DNA of 64,000 nt, taken from positions 20,834-84,833 of the forward strand of contig JAGWZL010000002.1 in NCBI GenBank assembly GCA_018968815.1. Direction: 5' to 3'. Positions 48,358-57,706 of this stretch are shown piece after piece. Below the pieces are notes generated by a model that was not told where the DNA came from, did no database searches, and saw nothing but the letters and a program-made list of their open reading frames with translations. Source of the DNA: Verrucomicrobiota bacterium (lineage in GTDB: Bacteria; Chlamydiota; Chlamydiia; Chlamydiales; SM23-39). Position 1 is the stretch's first letter, and each line of letters begins with the position of its first letter. Position numbers and translations under genes: made by a program.

Positions 48358-49715
48358 TGCAAAAAGTGTTGATTGCCAACAGAGGGGAAATTGCGGTTCG
48401 GATCATTCGAGCTTGCCACGACTTAGGTCTTGCCACGGTGGCGGTCTATTCGGAAGCGGATTCGGAAGCGATGCACGTGCACATGGCCGATGAGGCGATT
48501 TGTATCGGCGAGCCCCCTTCTACGAAGTCTTACTTGAAAGTGGCCAACTTGATCGCCGCTTGTGAAATCACTCATGCCGATGCGGTCCATCCGGGCTATG
48601 GCTTTTTGAGTGAAAATGCCAATTTTGCCTCTATCTGCGAAAGCTGTGGTCTCACTTTCATTGGTCCCTCTTCAAGAGCGATTGCGGCGCTGGGCGATAA
48701 AGCGCAGGCGAAGGCGACTGCCAAAAAGGTCAAATGTCCTGTGATTCCGGGTTCAGATGGGGTGGTTCCCAATGTGGATGCGGGTCTGAAGGAGGCGCGT
48801 AAATTTGGGTTTCCCATTTTCATCAAGGCGGTTGCGGGTGGCGGCGGCAAAGGGATCCGCATTGCTTTTTCAGAGGAAGATTTTGTAAAAAAATTCATGG
48901 CGGCGCGCGCTGAGGCTGAAGTGAGTTTCAACAACCCTGACGTTTATTTGGAAAAGATGATCGTCAATCCTCGCCATGTCGAGGTGCAAGTGATGGGGGA
49001 TCAGCATGGCAACTATGTGTATTTGGGTGAAAGGGATTGCACGATCCAGCGCAGAAGGCAAAAGCTGATTGAGGAGGCGCCGAGTCCAAAAATCGACGAT
49101 TCTCTGCGGAGGAAAATGGGGGAGGCTGCTGTCAGTATCGTGAAAGCGGCCGGGTACTATTCTGTGGGGACTGTGGAATTCTTGCTGGATGAGCAGGGGC
49201 AATTCTATTTCATGGAGGTCAATACCCGTATTCAGGTGGAACATACGATTACGGAAGAGCTGACAGGGATTGATCTTGTTCAATATCAACTCCGTATTGC
49301 GCGGGGAGAGAAATTGAATGTGAAGCAAAAAGATATCGAGTTTAAGGGACATGTATTCGAATTTCGCATCAATGCGGAACATCCGGCGCAAGGATTTGCT
49401 CCCTCGCCCGGATTGCTTGAGCATTATATTCCACCTGGAGGGCCGCATGTGCGTATTGATAGCGCTTGCTATGGCGGTTACCGGATCCCTCCGAATTACG
49501 ACTCGATGATTGCGAAATTAATTGTGAAGGGGCGAACGCGTGAAGAGGCGATCCGCCATGCGAAACGTGCGCTGAGAGAGTTTCATATTGCGGGTGTTCA
49601 TACGACGATTCCTTTTCATCAATATATGCTTGAAGATAAGAGGTTTTTAACGAATGAGTACACGATTAGTTATATTGACAATTTGCTTGCTGAGGGCTGC
49701 AACTTTAACCGCTGA
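48357..49715 (+). CDS. accC: biotin carboxylase AccC
   Basis: MQKVLIANRGEIAVRIIRAC… and full-length AccC-like sequence. Confidence 0.95.
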   Translation: MQKVLIANRGEIAVRIIRACHDLGLATVAVYSEADSEAMHVHMADEAICIGEPPSTKSYLKVANLIAACEITHADAVHPGYGFLSENANFASICESCGLTFIGPSSRAIAALGDKAQAKATAKKVKCPVIPGSDGVVPNVDAGLKEARKFGFPIFIKAVAGGGGKGIRIAFSEEDFVKKFMAARAEAEVSFNNPDVYLEKMIVNPRHVEVQVMGDQHGNYVYLGERDCTIQRRRQKLIEEAPSPKIDDSLRRKMGEAAVSIVKAAGYYSVGTVEFLLDEQGQFYFMEVNTRIQVEHTITEELTGIDLVQYQLRIARGEKLNVKQKDIEFKGHVFEFRINAEHPAQGFAPSPGLLEHYIPPGGPHVRIDSACYGGYRIPPNYDSMIAKLIVKGRTREEAIRHAKRALREFHIAGVHTTIPFHQYMLEDKRFLTNEYTISYIDNLLAEGCNFNR

Positions 49716-49719
49716 AACG

Positions 49720-50247
49720 ATGGATGCAAATTTAAAATCGCTTTTGAGTCGGGAGGAGATTGCTGAGAAGGTGAAGGGGCTGTCTCAGCAAATTGAGCGC
49801 GATTATCAGGGGAAAGACCTTGTGATTGTGATGGTATTGAAGGGGGCGCTTTGTCTTGTGGCCGATTTGATCCGGGAGCTGAATTTACCATTAGATGTAC
49901 AGACTGTGCAGTGTTCCAGTTATGGGGCGGGCGGCACGAAGCGTGGGGCATTGACTGTGCTGGGGGCGGAGCGGCTGAAGATTCACAATCGGGATGTGTT
50001 GATTGTGGATGACATTTTTGATTCAGGGCAAACGATGGTGACGCTGGAGAATGTGTTAAGAGAGATGGGACCTCGTTCGCTCAAGACGTGTGTGCTTTTG
50101 TATAAGCAAGATGTGCCGAAAGTGACGGATGTTCGGCCTGATTATGTTCTTTTTGATATTCCCGATTTATTTGTTGTGGGCTATGGGCTTGACTTCAAGG
50201 AGAGGTATCGGGGGCTTCCGGGTGTTTACGTTTTAGAATCTCCATGA
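49720..50247 (+). CDS. hpt: hypoxanthine(-guanine) phosphoribosyltransferase
   Basis: VLIVDDIFDSGQTM PRPP-binding motif. I chose the internal ATG at 49720. Confidence 0.85.
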   Translation: MDANLKSLLSREEIAEKVKGLSQQIERDYQGKDLVIVMVLKGALCLVADLIRELNLPLDVQTVQCSSYGAGGTKRGALTVLGAERLKIHNRDVLIVDDIFDSGQTMVTLENVLREMGPRSLKTCVLLYKQDVPKVTDVRPDYVLFDIPDLFVVGYGLDFKERYRGLPGVYVLESP

Positions 50248-51128
50248 AAGGGATCCTTCTTGCAGGTGGCCGTGGGACGCGTCTGTATCCGGCGACGATT
50301 GCGTTATGCAAGCAGCTGTTGCCGGTTTATGATAAGCCGATGATCTATTATCCTCTGTCTGTTTTGATGCAGGCGGGGATTCGGGATATTTTGATTATTT
50401 CCACGCCTGAAGACATTTCTCGTTTTGAGCGTCTTTTTGGGGATGGCGAGCAGTTGGGTCTTCATTTTGAGTATGCCGTTCAGCCGAAGCCGCAAGGGCT
50501 TGCGCAGGCTTTTCTTGTAGGCGCTGATTTTGTTGGGAATGAGCCTGTGGCTCTTATTTTAGGCGACAATCTTTTCTATGGGAATCAGTTTCCCATGATT
50601 TTGCAAGAGGGGGCGGCGCTGACGGAGGGGGGGTTGATTTTTGGGTATCAGGTGAAAGATCCGCAGCGTTACGGTGTGGTGCATTTTGATGCTCAGATGC
50701 GAGTGCTGGGGATTGAAGAAAAGCCGCGGCATCCCAAGTCTTCCTATGCAGTTCCGGGGCTTTATTTTTATGGGCCTGATGTGGTGCAGATTGCGGGCTC
50801 TTTGAAGCCGAGTGGGCGTGGGGAGCTTGAGATTACCGATGTGAATCGCGTCTATTTTGAGCAAGGGAGGCTCCATGTGCGTCTTTTAGGGCGGGGCCAT
50901 GCATGGCTTGACACGGGGACTTTTGATGCTTTGCATCAAGCGGCCTCTTTTGTGCAAGCGATCCAAGAGAGGCAGGGGATCAAAATTGCCTGTATTGAGG
51001 AGATCGCGTATCAAATGGGGTATATTGATCATCAGCAGCTCTTCAAGCTGGCCGATCGGTATGCTCAAAACGAATATGGCGAGTATCTCAAAAAGATCGA
51101 AAATATAACCGCTCGGCGGTTAAAATAA
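50244..51128 (+). CDS. rfbA: glucose-1-phosphate thymidylyltransferase
   Basis: MKGILLAGGRGTRLYPAT… is RmlA-like throughout. Confidence 0.9.
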   Translation: MKGILLAGGRGTRLYPATIALCKQLLPVYDKPMIYYPLSVLMQAGIRDILIISTPEDISRFERLFGDGEQLGLHFEYAVQPKPQGLAQAFLVGADFVGNEPVALILGDNLFYGNQFPMILQEGAALTEGGLIFGYQVKDPQRYGVVHFDAQMRVLGIEEKPRHPKSSYAVPGLYFYGPDVVQIAGSLKPSGRGELEITDVNRVYFEQGRLHVRLLGRGHAWLDTGTFDALHQAASFVQAIQERQGIKIACIEEIAYQMGYIDHQQLFKLADRYAQNEYGEYLKKIENITARRLK

Positions 51129-51132
51129 TCAG

Positions 51133-51834
51133 TTAAAAATTTTCTAAAGATTTGGTTTTGCGGTAGTGTTTTTCGATGCCGTTGGCGATTTCATCGGGAT
51201 CATCGGTGAGATGAATGAGGTCGAAATCGCTCTGTTTGATATTCCCTTGAGCTAAAACGGTCTGTTTGAGCCAGTCGAGCATTCCTTTCCAGTACTCTTT
51301 GCCGACGAGATAGACCGGGAAATAGTGAATTTTGCCTGTTTGGATCAGCGTCAGCGCTTCGAAGAGCTCATCGAGAGTGCCAAAGCCTCCTGGGAGCACG
51401 ACGAAGGCTTGCGCGTATCGGACAAACATCACCTTCCGAACAAAAAAATAGCGAAAATTGAGTTCATATTTTGGGTCGATGTAGGGATTCGGTCTTGGCT
51501 CGGAGGGGAGTTTGATGCAAAGACCGCACGAGCGTCCTTGTGCTTTTTGTGCCCCTTGATTGGCGCACTCCATAATACCTGGACCGCCCCCTGTGATGAT
51601 GCCAAATCCTTTGGCGACGATTTTCTTCGCGATGGTTTCGGCTAAATCGTAGTATTTTGGCTCTTTAGGGTGTTGGTTGGTGGAGCCGAAGATCGCAACA
51701 GACGGGCCCAGAAACGTCATCGTTTCAAAGCCATCCACAAATTCGGCCATGATCCGAAAGACGCGCCAAGCGTCGATCGAATGAGCCTGCTTATGCGGCT
51801 GAACAAAACCTTCCGGGTAACGGCTGTCGCTCAT
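51133..51834 (-). CDS. LOG family (TIGR00730) nucleotide phosphoribohydrolase-like protein
   Basis: PGGFGTLDELFEALTLIQTGK and GGGPGIME motifs. Start uncertain. Confidence 0.8.
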   Translation of the reverse strand: MSDSRYPEGFVQPHKQAHSIDAWRVFRIMAEFVDGFETMTFLGPSVAIFGSTNQHPKEPKYYDLAETIAKKIVAKGFGIITGGGPGIMECANQGAQKAQGRSCGLCIKLPSEPRPNPYIDPKYELNFRYFFVRKVMFVRYAQAFVVLPGGFGTLDELFEALTLIQTGKIHYFPVYLVGKEYWKGMLDWLKQTVLAQGNIKQSDFDLIHLTDDPDEIANGIEKHYRKTKSLENF

Positions 51835-51882
51835 GTCTTTCACCTGCATGCAACATATACCGGTTCCGCATTTGTCGCGCAA

Positions 51883-52791
51883 TCACGACCCAGTATGGGT
51901 CTGTTTCCTGCGGTGTTTTCTGCGGAGCGCAATTTGAGCGGTTCGGCCGTAGGCCACTTCATGTAAGTTTTCAATGGCGATAAAGGCGCTGGGATCTTCT
52001 CTCAGCACAATCTCTTTGAGCTCTGCCAAATCAAGCCTTTCGACGATGATGAACAAAATGTCCCGATCTTCGCCCGAATAGCCCCCCTTGCCCTTAATGA
52101 AGGTCAGCCCTAGGCCCAATTCATGGGTAATCATTTTGCTCAGTTTATCGGGCTTGGAGCACATGATGAGCACCGATTTGAGCTCCTCCAATCCCGCAAT
52201 GACGATGTCCATCATTTTGAAGGCGACGATATAGGTCATGAGCGATCGCAACGCAATGTGCCAATCGTGAAAAATCGCCCCATACGCTGCAAAAATGAAG
52301 ATGTTGATGACAAAGATCACCTGCCCAACCGTAAATCCTTTCTTGCGATTGATCAAAATCGCCAAAATTTCGGTGCCATCGGTGCAGCCGCCATTGCGAA
52401 TGATCAGCCCGGCGCCCGCGCCCAGCATAGCGCCTCCAATCACAATCGCTTCCAAGGGATCGGCGTTAAAGGTGTTGGATGTCTTGATCAACAAAAGAAA
52501 AAGGGCGAACAAAAGAACCGCCACGAACATTTGAATCACAAAAGTTCTGCGAATGAATTTGTAGGCCAGATAAATGAAAGGAATATTGAGGATCAAGAGG
52601 AAAACAGAGAGGTATGCATTGCCAATCAGACGGGCTAAGATCATGGAAATACCGATGACGCCGCCGTCGATCAAATCGTTCGGCAAGAGGAAAATGCGGA
52701 TGGCGATGGCGGCAAAGGCAGCGCCAAAGGCCATGCCCACGTAGTTGAGCAAATATTGGTAGAATTTTTTTGACGGTGCAGTCGTTACCAT
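51883..52791 (-). CDS. YitT family (DUF2179) membrane protein
   Basis: Polytopic N-terminal domain plus a C-terminal DUF2179-like module (…[17 protein letters not shown]…). The start was trimmed to avoid overlapping tRNA-Asp. Confidence 0.8.
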   Translation of the reverse strand: MVTTAPSKKFYQYLLNYVGMAFGAAFAAIAIRIFLLPNDLIDGGVIGISMILARLIGNAYLSVFLLILNIPFIYLAYKFIRRTFVIQMFVAVLLFALFLLLIKTSNTFNADPLEAIVIGGAMLGAGAGLIIRNGGCTDGTEILAILINRKKGFTVGQVIFVINIFIFAAYGAIFHDWHIALRSLMTYIVAFKMMDIVIAGLEELKSVLIMCSKPDKLSKMITHELGLGLTFIKGKGGYSGEDRDILFIIVERLDLAELKEIVLREDPSAFIAIENLHEVAYGRTAQIALRRKHRRKQTHTGS

Positions 52792-52794
52792 AAA

Positions 52795-52868
52795 CGCGGG
52801 AGACGGGGCTCGAACCCGCAACTTCCGCCGTGACAGGGCGGCGCTCTAACCAATTGAACTACTCCCGC
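52795..52868 (-). tRNA. tRNA-Asp (GTC)
   Basis: A manual cloverleaf fold gives acceptor GCGGGAG/CTCCCGC, anticodon arm CCGCC-CTGTCAC-GGCGG and T-loop TTCGAGC. Confidence 0.9.
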
Positions 52869-52890
52869 GAAGGAGCCATTTACAAGCTAT

Positions 52891-52963
52891 TGGGCGCAAC
52901 AGGACTCGAACCTATGACCACCTGTGTGTAAGACAGGCGCTCTACCAACTGAGCTATACGCCC
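52891..52963 (-). tRNA. tRNA-Val (TAC)
   Basis: A manual cloverleaf fold gives acceptor GGGCGTA/TGCGCCC, anticodon arm CCTGT-CTTACAC-ACAGG and T-loop TTCGAGT. Confidence 0.9.
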
Positions 52964-53045
52964 TTTGTAAACGAACATTCATCTTACTCTCTTGCAAACA
53001 TTTTTCTCAAGGGGAAATAGGAAAATTGTGATATAAACATAGACC

Positions 53046-53573
53046 ATGTGCGCACTGGTCGAGCTCATCCGCGTGAGTCCCAAGATTCGTTTGGACATCC
53101 GTTATGCGACGGCCCGCAATTTCACAGGCCGGCCTGTTTATCGTTCGTCCCGTTGTTTTTTGCTTCAGAAAACGGCGGAGAGGCTGCATCGGGTGCAAGA
53201 AAATTTAGAAAGAATGGGGTTCGGGCTTCTTGTGTATGATGGGTATCGGCCCCACTCCGTGCAAAAGATTTTTTGGTCTTTAGTGCCCGATTCGCGGTTT
53301 GTGGGCGATCCGGCCATTGGGTCGCCGCATAATCGTGGGGCGGCCGTGGATCTGACGCTGGATGGGTGTCAGATGCCGACCGACTTTGACGACTTTTCCG
53401 AGAGGGCGTCTCATTCTTACCAAGGGGCTCCCTTGGAGGCGCTCAAAAATCGGGATCTGCTCAAACGGGCGATGGAGGCGGAAGGGTTTGTTTCATTGGA
53501 AACCGAATGGTGGCATTATGAGGAGCCGGATGCGAAGAGTTATCCTATTTTGGACGTTGATCTCCCTATCTAG
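53046..53573 (+). CDS. ddpX: D-alanyl-D-alanine dipeptidase (VanX/DdpX, M15D)
   Basis: DIRYATARNFTG…YDGYRP…SPHNRGAAVDLTL…EWWHY. Confidence 0.8.
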   Translation: MCALVELIRVSPKIRLDIRYATARNFTGRPVYRSSRCFLLQKTAERLHRVQENLERMGFGLLVYDGYRPHSVQKIFWSLVPDSRFVGDPAIGSPHNRGAAVDLTLDGCQMPTDFDDFSERASHSYQGAPLEALKNRDLLKRAMEAEGFVSLETEWWHYEEPDAKSYPILDVDLPI

Positions 53574-53886
53574 CTGCGGGCCTGTTGCAATGGACGATGT
53601 GCGTTGCGAGGGGGAGGCTCAAACGCGGCTTCTGGCCAAAGAGCTGCGATCTATTGAGACCCAGGAAGATTTGCAAAAAGCGATCCCTAAGTTGAGGAAA
53701 AGGTACAATAAAATCGCCGATTTGCTGATAGAGGCCAAACATGTTTCTGGCGAGGAGATGGACGGGTCTGAGGCGAGCGAAGAGCTTTTTGCGGAGCTTG
53801 CGCGGATTTATGAAATGCCTGGCGGGAGGGAGGCGATTGAGTTGGCCCAGGCCCAGGCTCTGCAGCGGTTGCAGGCGGAACTATAG
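53530..53886 (+). CDS. putative lipoprotein (118 aa)
   Basis: An AGGAG sequence lies before the ATG at 53530. MRRVILFWTLISLSSC is a signal peptide plus lipobox. It overlaps the 3' end of ddpX. Confidence 0.45.
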   Translation: MRRVILFWTLISLSSCGPVAMDDVRCEGEAQTRLLAKELRSIETQEDLQKAIPKLRKRYNKIADLLIEAKHVSGEEMDGSEASEELFAELARIYEMPGGREAIELAQAQALQRLQAEL

Positions 53887-54657
53887 CAAATCTTTTTCTG
53901 TCAAATGACGAAATTTTTCGAAGGTATTTTGACAGGTCAATTCGTTGACTTGGATGGGGACGATGGCGATGTAGCCTTGTTCGAGAAGAGCGACATCGCT
54001 CTCGGGGTCTTCTTCGACCGCTCCCCAAGCGCCGCCCAGCCAATAGTAGGGGGCGCCTTCGGGGTGGAGTCTGCGGTCTGGCGCTTCTCTCCAGTAGCCT
54101 TTTCCCTGTTTGGCCATGCGAACGCCTAGGATTCTATCTTTGGCATGCAAGGGGAAGTTGACATTGAGCAGAGTGCCTTTAGGGAGCGGGTGATTTAAGA
54201 AGTGTTGGATGATGGGGAAAATATATTTTTCTGTCGCGCACAAGGGAGGTTCTTCGAAATCGGAGAAGGAGAATGCGATTCCGGGGATGTCTTTGAATAT
54301 TCCTTCGATGACGCCGCCGATGGTGCCGCTGTACAAGACTGTGCGGCCGGAATTGGAGCCGCGATTGATGCCGGAGATGATCATATCGGGTTTTTTTTCC
54401 AGCAATACGGCAAGCGCCATTTTGATGCAGTCGGCGGGGGTTCCATTCAGCGACCAGGCGGGGGTTTCTTTGTCCCAGGGGACGGGGCGAATGTGGAGGG
54501 GTTTTGTCCATGTGATCGAGAGACCGGATCCAGACCTTTCGTGATGAGGGGCGACGATGGCTACATTGGCGTGTGTGTGTACCGCTTGCCAAAGGTGCTT
54601 GATTCCTGGTGCGTTGATGCCGTCGTCATTGGTGATTAAGAGGAAGGGTTGAGTCAT
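53881..54657 (-). CDS. surE: 5'/3'-nucleotidase SurE
   Basis: LLITNDDGINAPGI… is SurE-like throughout. Confidence 0.9.
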   Translation of the reverse strand: MTQPFLLITNDDGINAPGIKHLWQAVHTHANVAIVAPHHERSGSGLSITWTKPLHIRPVPWDKETPAWSLNGTPADCIKMALAVLLEKKPDMIISGINRGSNSGRTVLYSGTIGGVIEGIFKDIPGIAFSFSDFEEPPLCATEKYIFPIIQHFLNHPLPKGTLLNVNFPLHAKDRILGVRMAKQGKGYWREAPDRRLHPEGAPYYWLGGAWGAVEEDPESDVALLEQGYIAIVPIQVNELTCQNTFEKFRHLTEKDLL

Positions 54658-56105
54658 GGTTCTACCGCCAGATTCAATCGTTTGCGCATGATGAACGAGA
54701 CGCCTTCAATCGCGATGAGACTTAAAATGAAACCGATCACGAGGGAAGGTAATGGGAAGGGGAGTTGTGTTTCGAAGTAGGGCCATACGGCGGCGACGAG
54801 GCCGCCTACCAGGATGCCTGCGAAGGCGCCGTATTTATTGAGGTTTTTGCGGTACAAAGACAAGAGGAGAAGCGGACCGAAAGAGGCGCCGAGACCGGAC
54901 CAAGAGTATCGCACGAGTTCGAAAATTGTGGAGATTTTGAAGAAGGCGATGACAAAACCGATGCAGCAGACGAAAATGACGCCGGCTCTTGAGATCCAGA
55001 GGAGTTCTCGGGAGCTGGCTTGTCTTCGGAAGATTCTTTTGTAGAGATCTTCTGACAAGTTGGAGGCGACGATGAGGATTTGAGCGGCCATTACGTTGGT
55101 GGTGGCGGCGAGCACGGCGCACAACACGAGTCCTGCAAACAGTGGGGGCAGGGTGGTTTGTACGATGTTTAAGATGACCTGTTCTGGGTGGGAGAGGCCT
55201 TGAGGGAATACGTAGACGCCGAGCAAGCCGACGAGAGTGGCGGCGGTGAGGGCGATGATTTGCCAGCTGATGCCGAGGTATTTGGCTTTATAGATTTCAT
55301 CGACTTTGCGGATGCCCATAAATTTGGTGATGATGTGGGGTTGGCCGAAGTATCCGAGTCCCCAGCCGGCTGCGGTCATGAGGGCGGACCAGATGGAGAG
55401 GGTTTTCCATTCGGGGAGGAGGGAGGTGCTGAGGTGGTTGGCTTTGACGGCGTGGAGGATGGGGGCCATCCCGCCGTAAGAGGCGATTAAGTAGGTGGGG
55501 ATGATGACGATGACGCCGAGGAGGAAGAAGCCTTGGAAGAGGTCGATCCAGGCGACGGTTTTGTATCCACCCATGAACACGTAGGTCATGACGATGATGA
55601 GGCCGATGGAGATGCCGACGAAATAGTGGAGTTGGAAGAGGCGTTCGACCAAGATGCCCATTCCGACGAGGCCGGAGGAGATATAGAATGTGAAGAAGAG
55701 GATGGACATGATGGCGGAGACTAAGCGGATGCTGCCGGAGAGATCGGAAAATCGGCTTTCGAAGTAACCGCTCATGGTGAGGTTGCCCATTTGTTCGGTG
55801 ACGGTGCGAATTTTGGGTGCGACGAATTGCCAATTTAAGAACATGCCGACGACGAGGCCGATGGCGGCCCAAGCGGAAATGAGACCTCCTGTGAAGATTG
55901 AGGCTGGGTATGCGAGGAAGAGCCAGCTGCTCATATCGCTTGCGTGGGCGGATAGGGCGGTGAGCCAGAAATTTAGGGAGCGGTTGCCGATGAGGAAATC
56001 TTTATCGGTTCTCTGTTTGCGATAGGAGAGGAGAGCGATGCACATGAGAACAATGAAGTAACCGGCAAAGGTTCCAACTTCTAGGATGGCGTCACCGAAT
56101 TCCAT
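54654..56105 (-). CDS. sodium:solute symporter family transporter (PutP/PanF-like)
   Basis: 483 aa with about 13 TM segments and an SSF-like sequence. Confidence 0.85.
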   Translation of the reverse strand: MEFGDAILEVGTFAGYFIVLMCIALLSYRKQRTDKDFLIGNRSLNFWLTALSAHASDMSSWLFLAYPASIFTGGLISAWAAIGLVVGMFLNWQFVAPKIRTVTEQMGNLTMSGYFESRFSDLSGSIRLVSAIMSILFFTFYISSGLVGMGILVERLFQLHYFVGISIGLIIVMTYVFMGGYKTVAWIDLFQGFFLLGVIVIIPTYLIASYGGMAPILHAVKANHLSTSLLPEWKTLSIWSALMTAAGWGLGYFGQPHIITKFMGIRKVDEIYKAKYLGISWQIIALTAATLVGLLGVYVFPQGLSHPEQVILNIVQTTLPPLFAGLVLCAVLAATTNVMAAQILIVASNLSEDLYKRIFRRQASSRELLWISRAGVIFVCCIGFVIAFFKISTIFELVRYSWSGLGASFGPLLLLSLYRKNLNKYGAFAGILVGGLVAAVWPYFETQLPFPLPSLVIGFILSLIAIEGVSFIMRKRLNLAVEP

Positions 56106-56139
56106 AAGAGCTAAGGATACTGTGTATTGAGAATATATT

Positions 56140-56892
56140 TCAAGGTTTTGCTGCCTTATTGGATCCGTAGAGTAGGCCGGCTTTTGCTAGATTACTTTTT
56201 GCGTGGGGGAAGTGGGATTGCATGTTTTGGATGATTTGTTCAACGGCTTTTCTTTTAGAGTTTTGGCCGACGGGGCATTGGCAGGTGATGCGTGCGAAGC
56301 CGTATTGTTTGGCGAATTCTTTCAAGGAGTCTTCGGCTATGTAGATGAGGGGTCTGATGATGGTGACGCCGTAGTCGTGCATGAAGACTTTGGGCAAGTT
56401 GGCGGCGAACTCGCCTTTATGGAGCAAGTTGAGGAGGAGTGTTTGGGCGCTATCGTCTCTGTGGTGGCCGAAGGCGATGGTGGTGGCTCCGACCTCTTTG
56501 GCGGCGTTAAAGATGAGGGTGCGTCTTTCTCTGGAGCATCTGTAGCATTCTAAGTCTTCCCGTTTTTGTGTGGAGGATCTGGTGATGAAGGGGATATTGA
56601 GTTCGTGGCAAATGGTTTTTAAGAATCCCGTATCGATGCCGGCGCCGCAGGAGAATTCGCCGTCGACGTGGATGGCGAAGAGTTGGAAGTTGGGGAAGCC
56701 TCTGCCTCTAATGGCGTGGAGGAGAAAGAGGAGGCTGAGGGAGTCTTTGCCGCCGCTTAGGGCGATGGCGAGTTTATCGGTATTTTTATCGAGCAAGGAG
56801 AAATCGAAGAGGGCTTTTCTGAGGGTGCTTTCGAGTTCTTTGCCTAGGGTAGACCATGGGGGTTTTGCGAGGGGTATCCCGATATTGATCAT
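56140..56892 (-). CDS. ttcA: PP-loop ATPase of the TtcA family (tRNA 2-thiocytidine-type)
   Basis: ALSGGKDSLSL PP-loop, CYRCSRERR and CQCP cysteine pairs, and GHHRDD. I chose the internal ATG at 56892. Confidence 0.75.
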   Translation of the reverse strand: MINIGIPLAKPPWSTLGKELESTLRKALFDFSLLDKNTDKLAIALSGGKDSLSLLFLLHAIRGRGFPNFQLFAIHVDGEFSCGAGIDTGFLKTICHELNIPFITRSSTQKREDLECYRCSRERRTLIFNAAKEVGATTIAFGHHRDDSAQTLLLNLLHKGEFAANLPKVFMHDYGVTIIRPLIYIAEDSLKEFAKQYGFARITCQCPVGQNSKRKAVEQIIQNMQSHFPHAKSNLAKAGLLYGSNKAAKP

Positions 56893-56962
56893 AGAATGAT
56901 TGGACAATTTTGATTTTCCTATGATAGAATATGGGGGATTAAAATTGAACTGAAAGAAAGAT

Positions 56963-57220
56963 ATGAAGAAGGCTGGACGAAACGACCCCTGTCCTTGTGG
57001 GTCTGGGAAGAAGTTTAAGAAGTGCTGTGAGAGCATGATGCTTGGGGGTCGGTATATGGCGACCAGAGTGGATTTGGGGGCATCGCAGCAGATTCAGAAG
57101 ACGGTGAATATGGCGTCGTTTTTTCACAACCGGCTCTCGCAGACGCCGAAGAAGCCGATGCCGCCTGAGGCGATAGAGCCAGAGCAAGAAAATTTAGCGG
57201 AAAAAGAGAAGATTTGTTAG
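56963..57220 (+). CDS. small SEC-C motif protein
   Basis: The N-terminus reads [18 protein letters not shown]. Confidence 0.6.
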   Translation: MKKAGRNDPCPCGSGKKFKKCCESMMLGGRYMATRVDLGASQQIQKTVNMASFFHNRLSQTPKKPMPPEAIEPEQENLAEKEKIC

Positions 57221-57233
57221 ATTTGTGACCTTT

Positions 57234-57306
57234 GCTGGCGTAGCTCAATTGGTAGAGCGCCCGACTTGTAATCGGATGGTTGAGGGTTCAAGTCCTTTCG
57301 CCAGCA
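57234..57306 (+). tRNA. tRNA-Thr (TGT)
   Basis: Acceptor GCTGGCG/CGCCAGC is perfect, the anticodon loop is CTTGTAA and the T-loop is TTCAAGT. The stems contain some wobble or mismatched pairs. Confidence 0.85.
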
Positions 57307-57317
57307 AGCTTTTGAAC

Positions 57318-57399
57318 GGGGGTGTCGCATAGCGGCAATTGCAGGGGACTGTAAATCCCCCACCTTCGGGTTTCGGCGGTTCGAGTCCGCCCGCCCCCA
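57318..57399 (+). tRNA. tRNA-Tyr (GTA), class II with long variable arm
   Basis: Acceptor GGGGGTG/CGCCCCC, anticodon arm GGGGA-CTGTAAA-TCCCC, a variable-arm hairpin and T-arm GGCGG-TTCGAGT-CCGCC. Confidence 0.9.
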
Positions 57400-57551
57400 A
57401 TAAGCAAAAAGCCAGGCCTTTGCCTGGCTTTTTTGCTTTTGGGGGTGGGAAAAACGCCCCTTGAATGGGGCGTTTTTAGGATGAGAAATGAGAACGCTGT
57501 CGTTTCGGCAGCGGGCGAATCGGCGGGAAGCCCGGAGTCCGCCCGCCCCCA
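57400..57551. repeat. repeat block R0: two bidirectional terminator hairpins plus a 74-nt pseudo-tRNA module ending in an exact 17-nt copy of the tRNA-Tyr 3' end
   Basis: Hairpin 1 is gccagg-cctttg-cctggc+T6 (57411-57434). Hairpin 2 is aaaaacgcccc-ttgaat-ggggcgttttt (57450-57477). gagtccgcccgccccca at 57535-57551 equals 57383-57399. Confidence 0.85.
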
Positions 57552-57585
57552 ATTCTCATAGACAAAATCACCAAAAAATAACTTC

Positions 57586-57609
57586 GAAAAAGGCGCCTCT
57601 TCGGCGCCT
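57586..57609 (-). terminator. intrinsic terminator downstream of dinD
   Basis: On the minus strand, aggcgcc-gaag-aggcgcct is followed by ttttcg. Confidence 0.55.
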
Positions 57610-57706
57610 CATTTACGCAAATTTTACGCACTTGACCACACGAATCCTTAGAGCAATTTCCAATAAGAGTTCTTAGAATCGGAAAATAAAAACCATTTCC
57701 CACGAT

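Noticed and set aside
57217-57552. ORFs of 71-111 aa on the minus strand beginning MGAGGLRASRRFARCRNDSVLIS…, present three times (also at 58592-58807 and 61659-61874).
   Set aside because: They lie entirely within the repeat blocks and read through terminator hairpins. The first copy also reads through the tRNA-Tyr and tRNA-Thr genes. Their recurrence reflects DNA repeat conservation, not a protein family.
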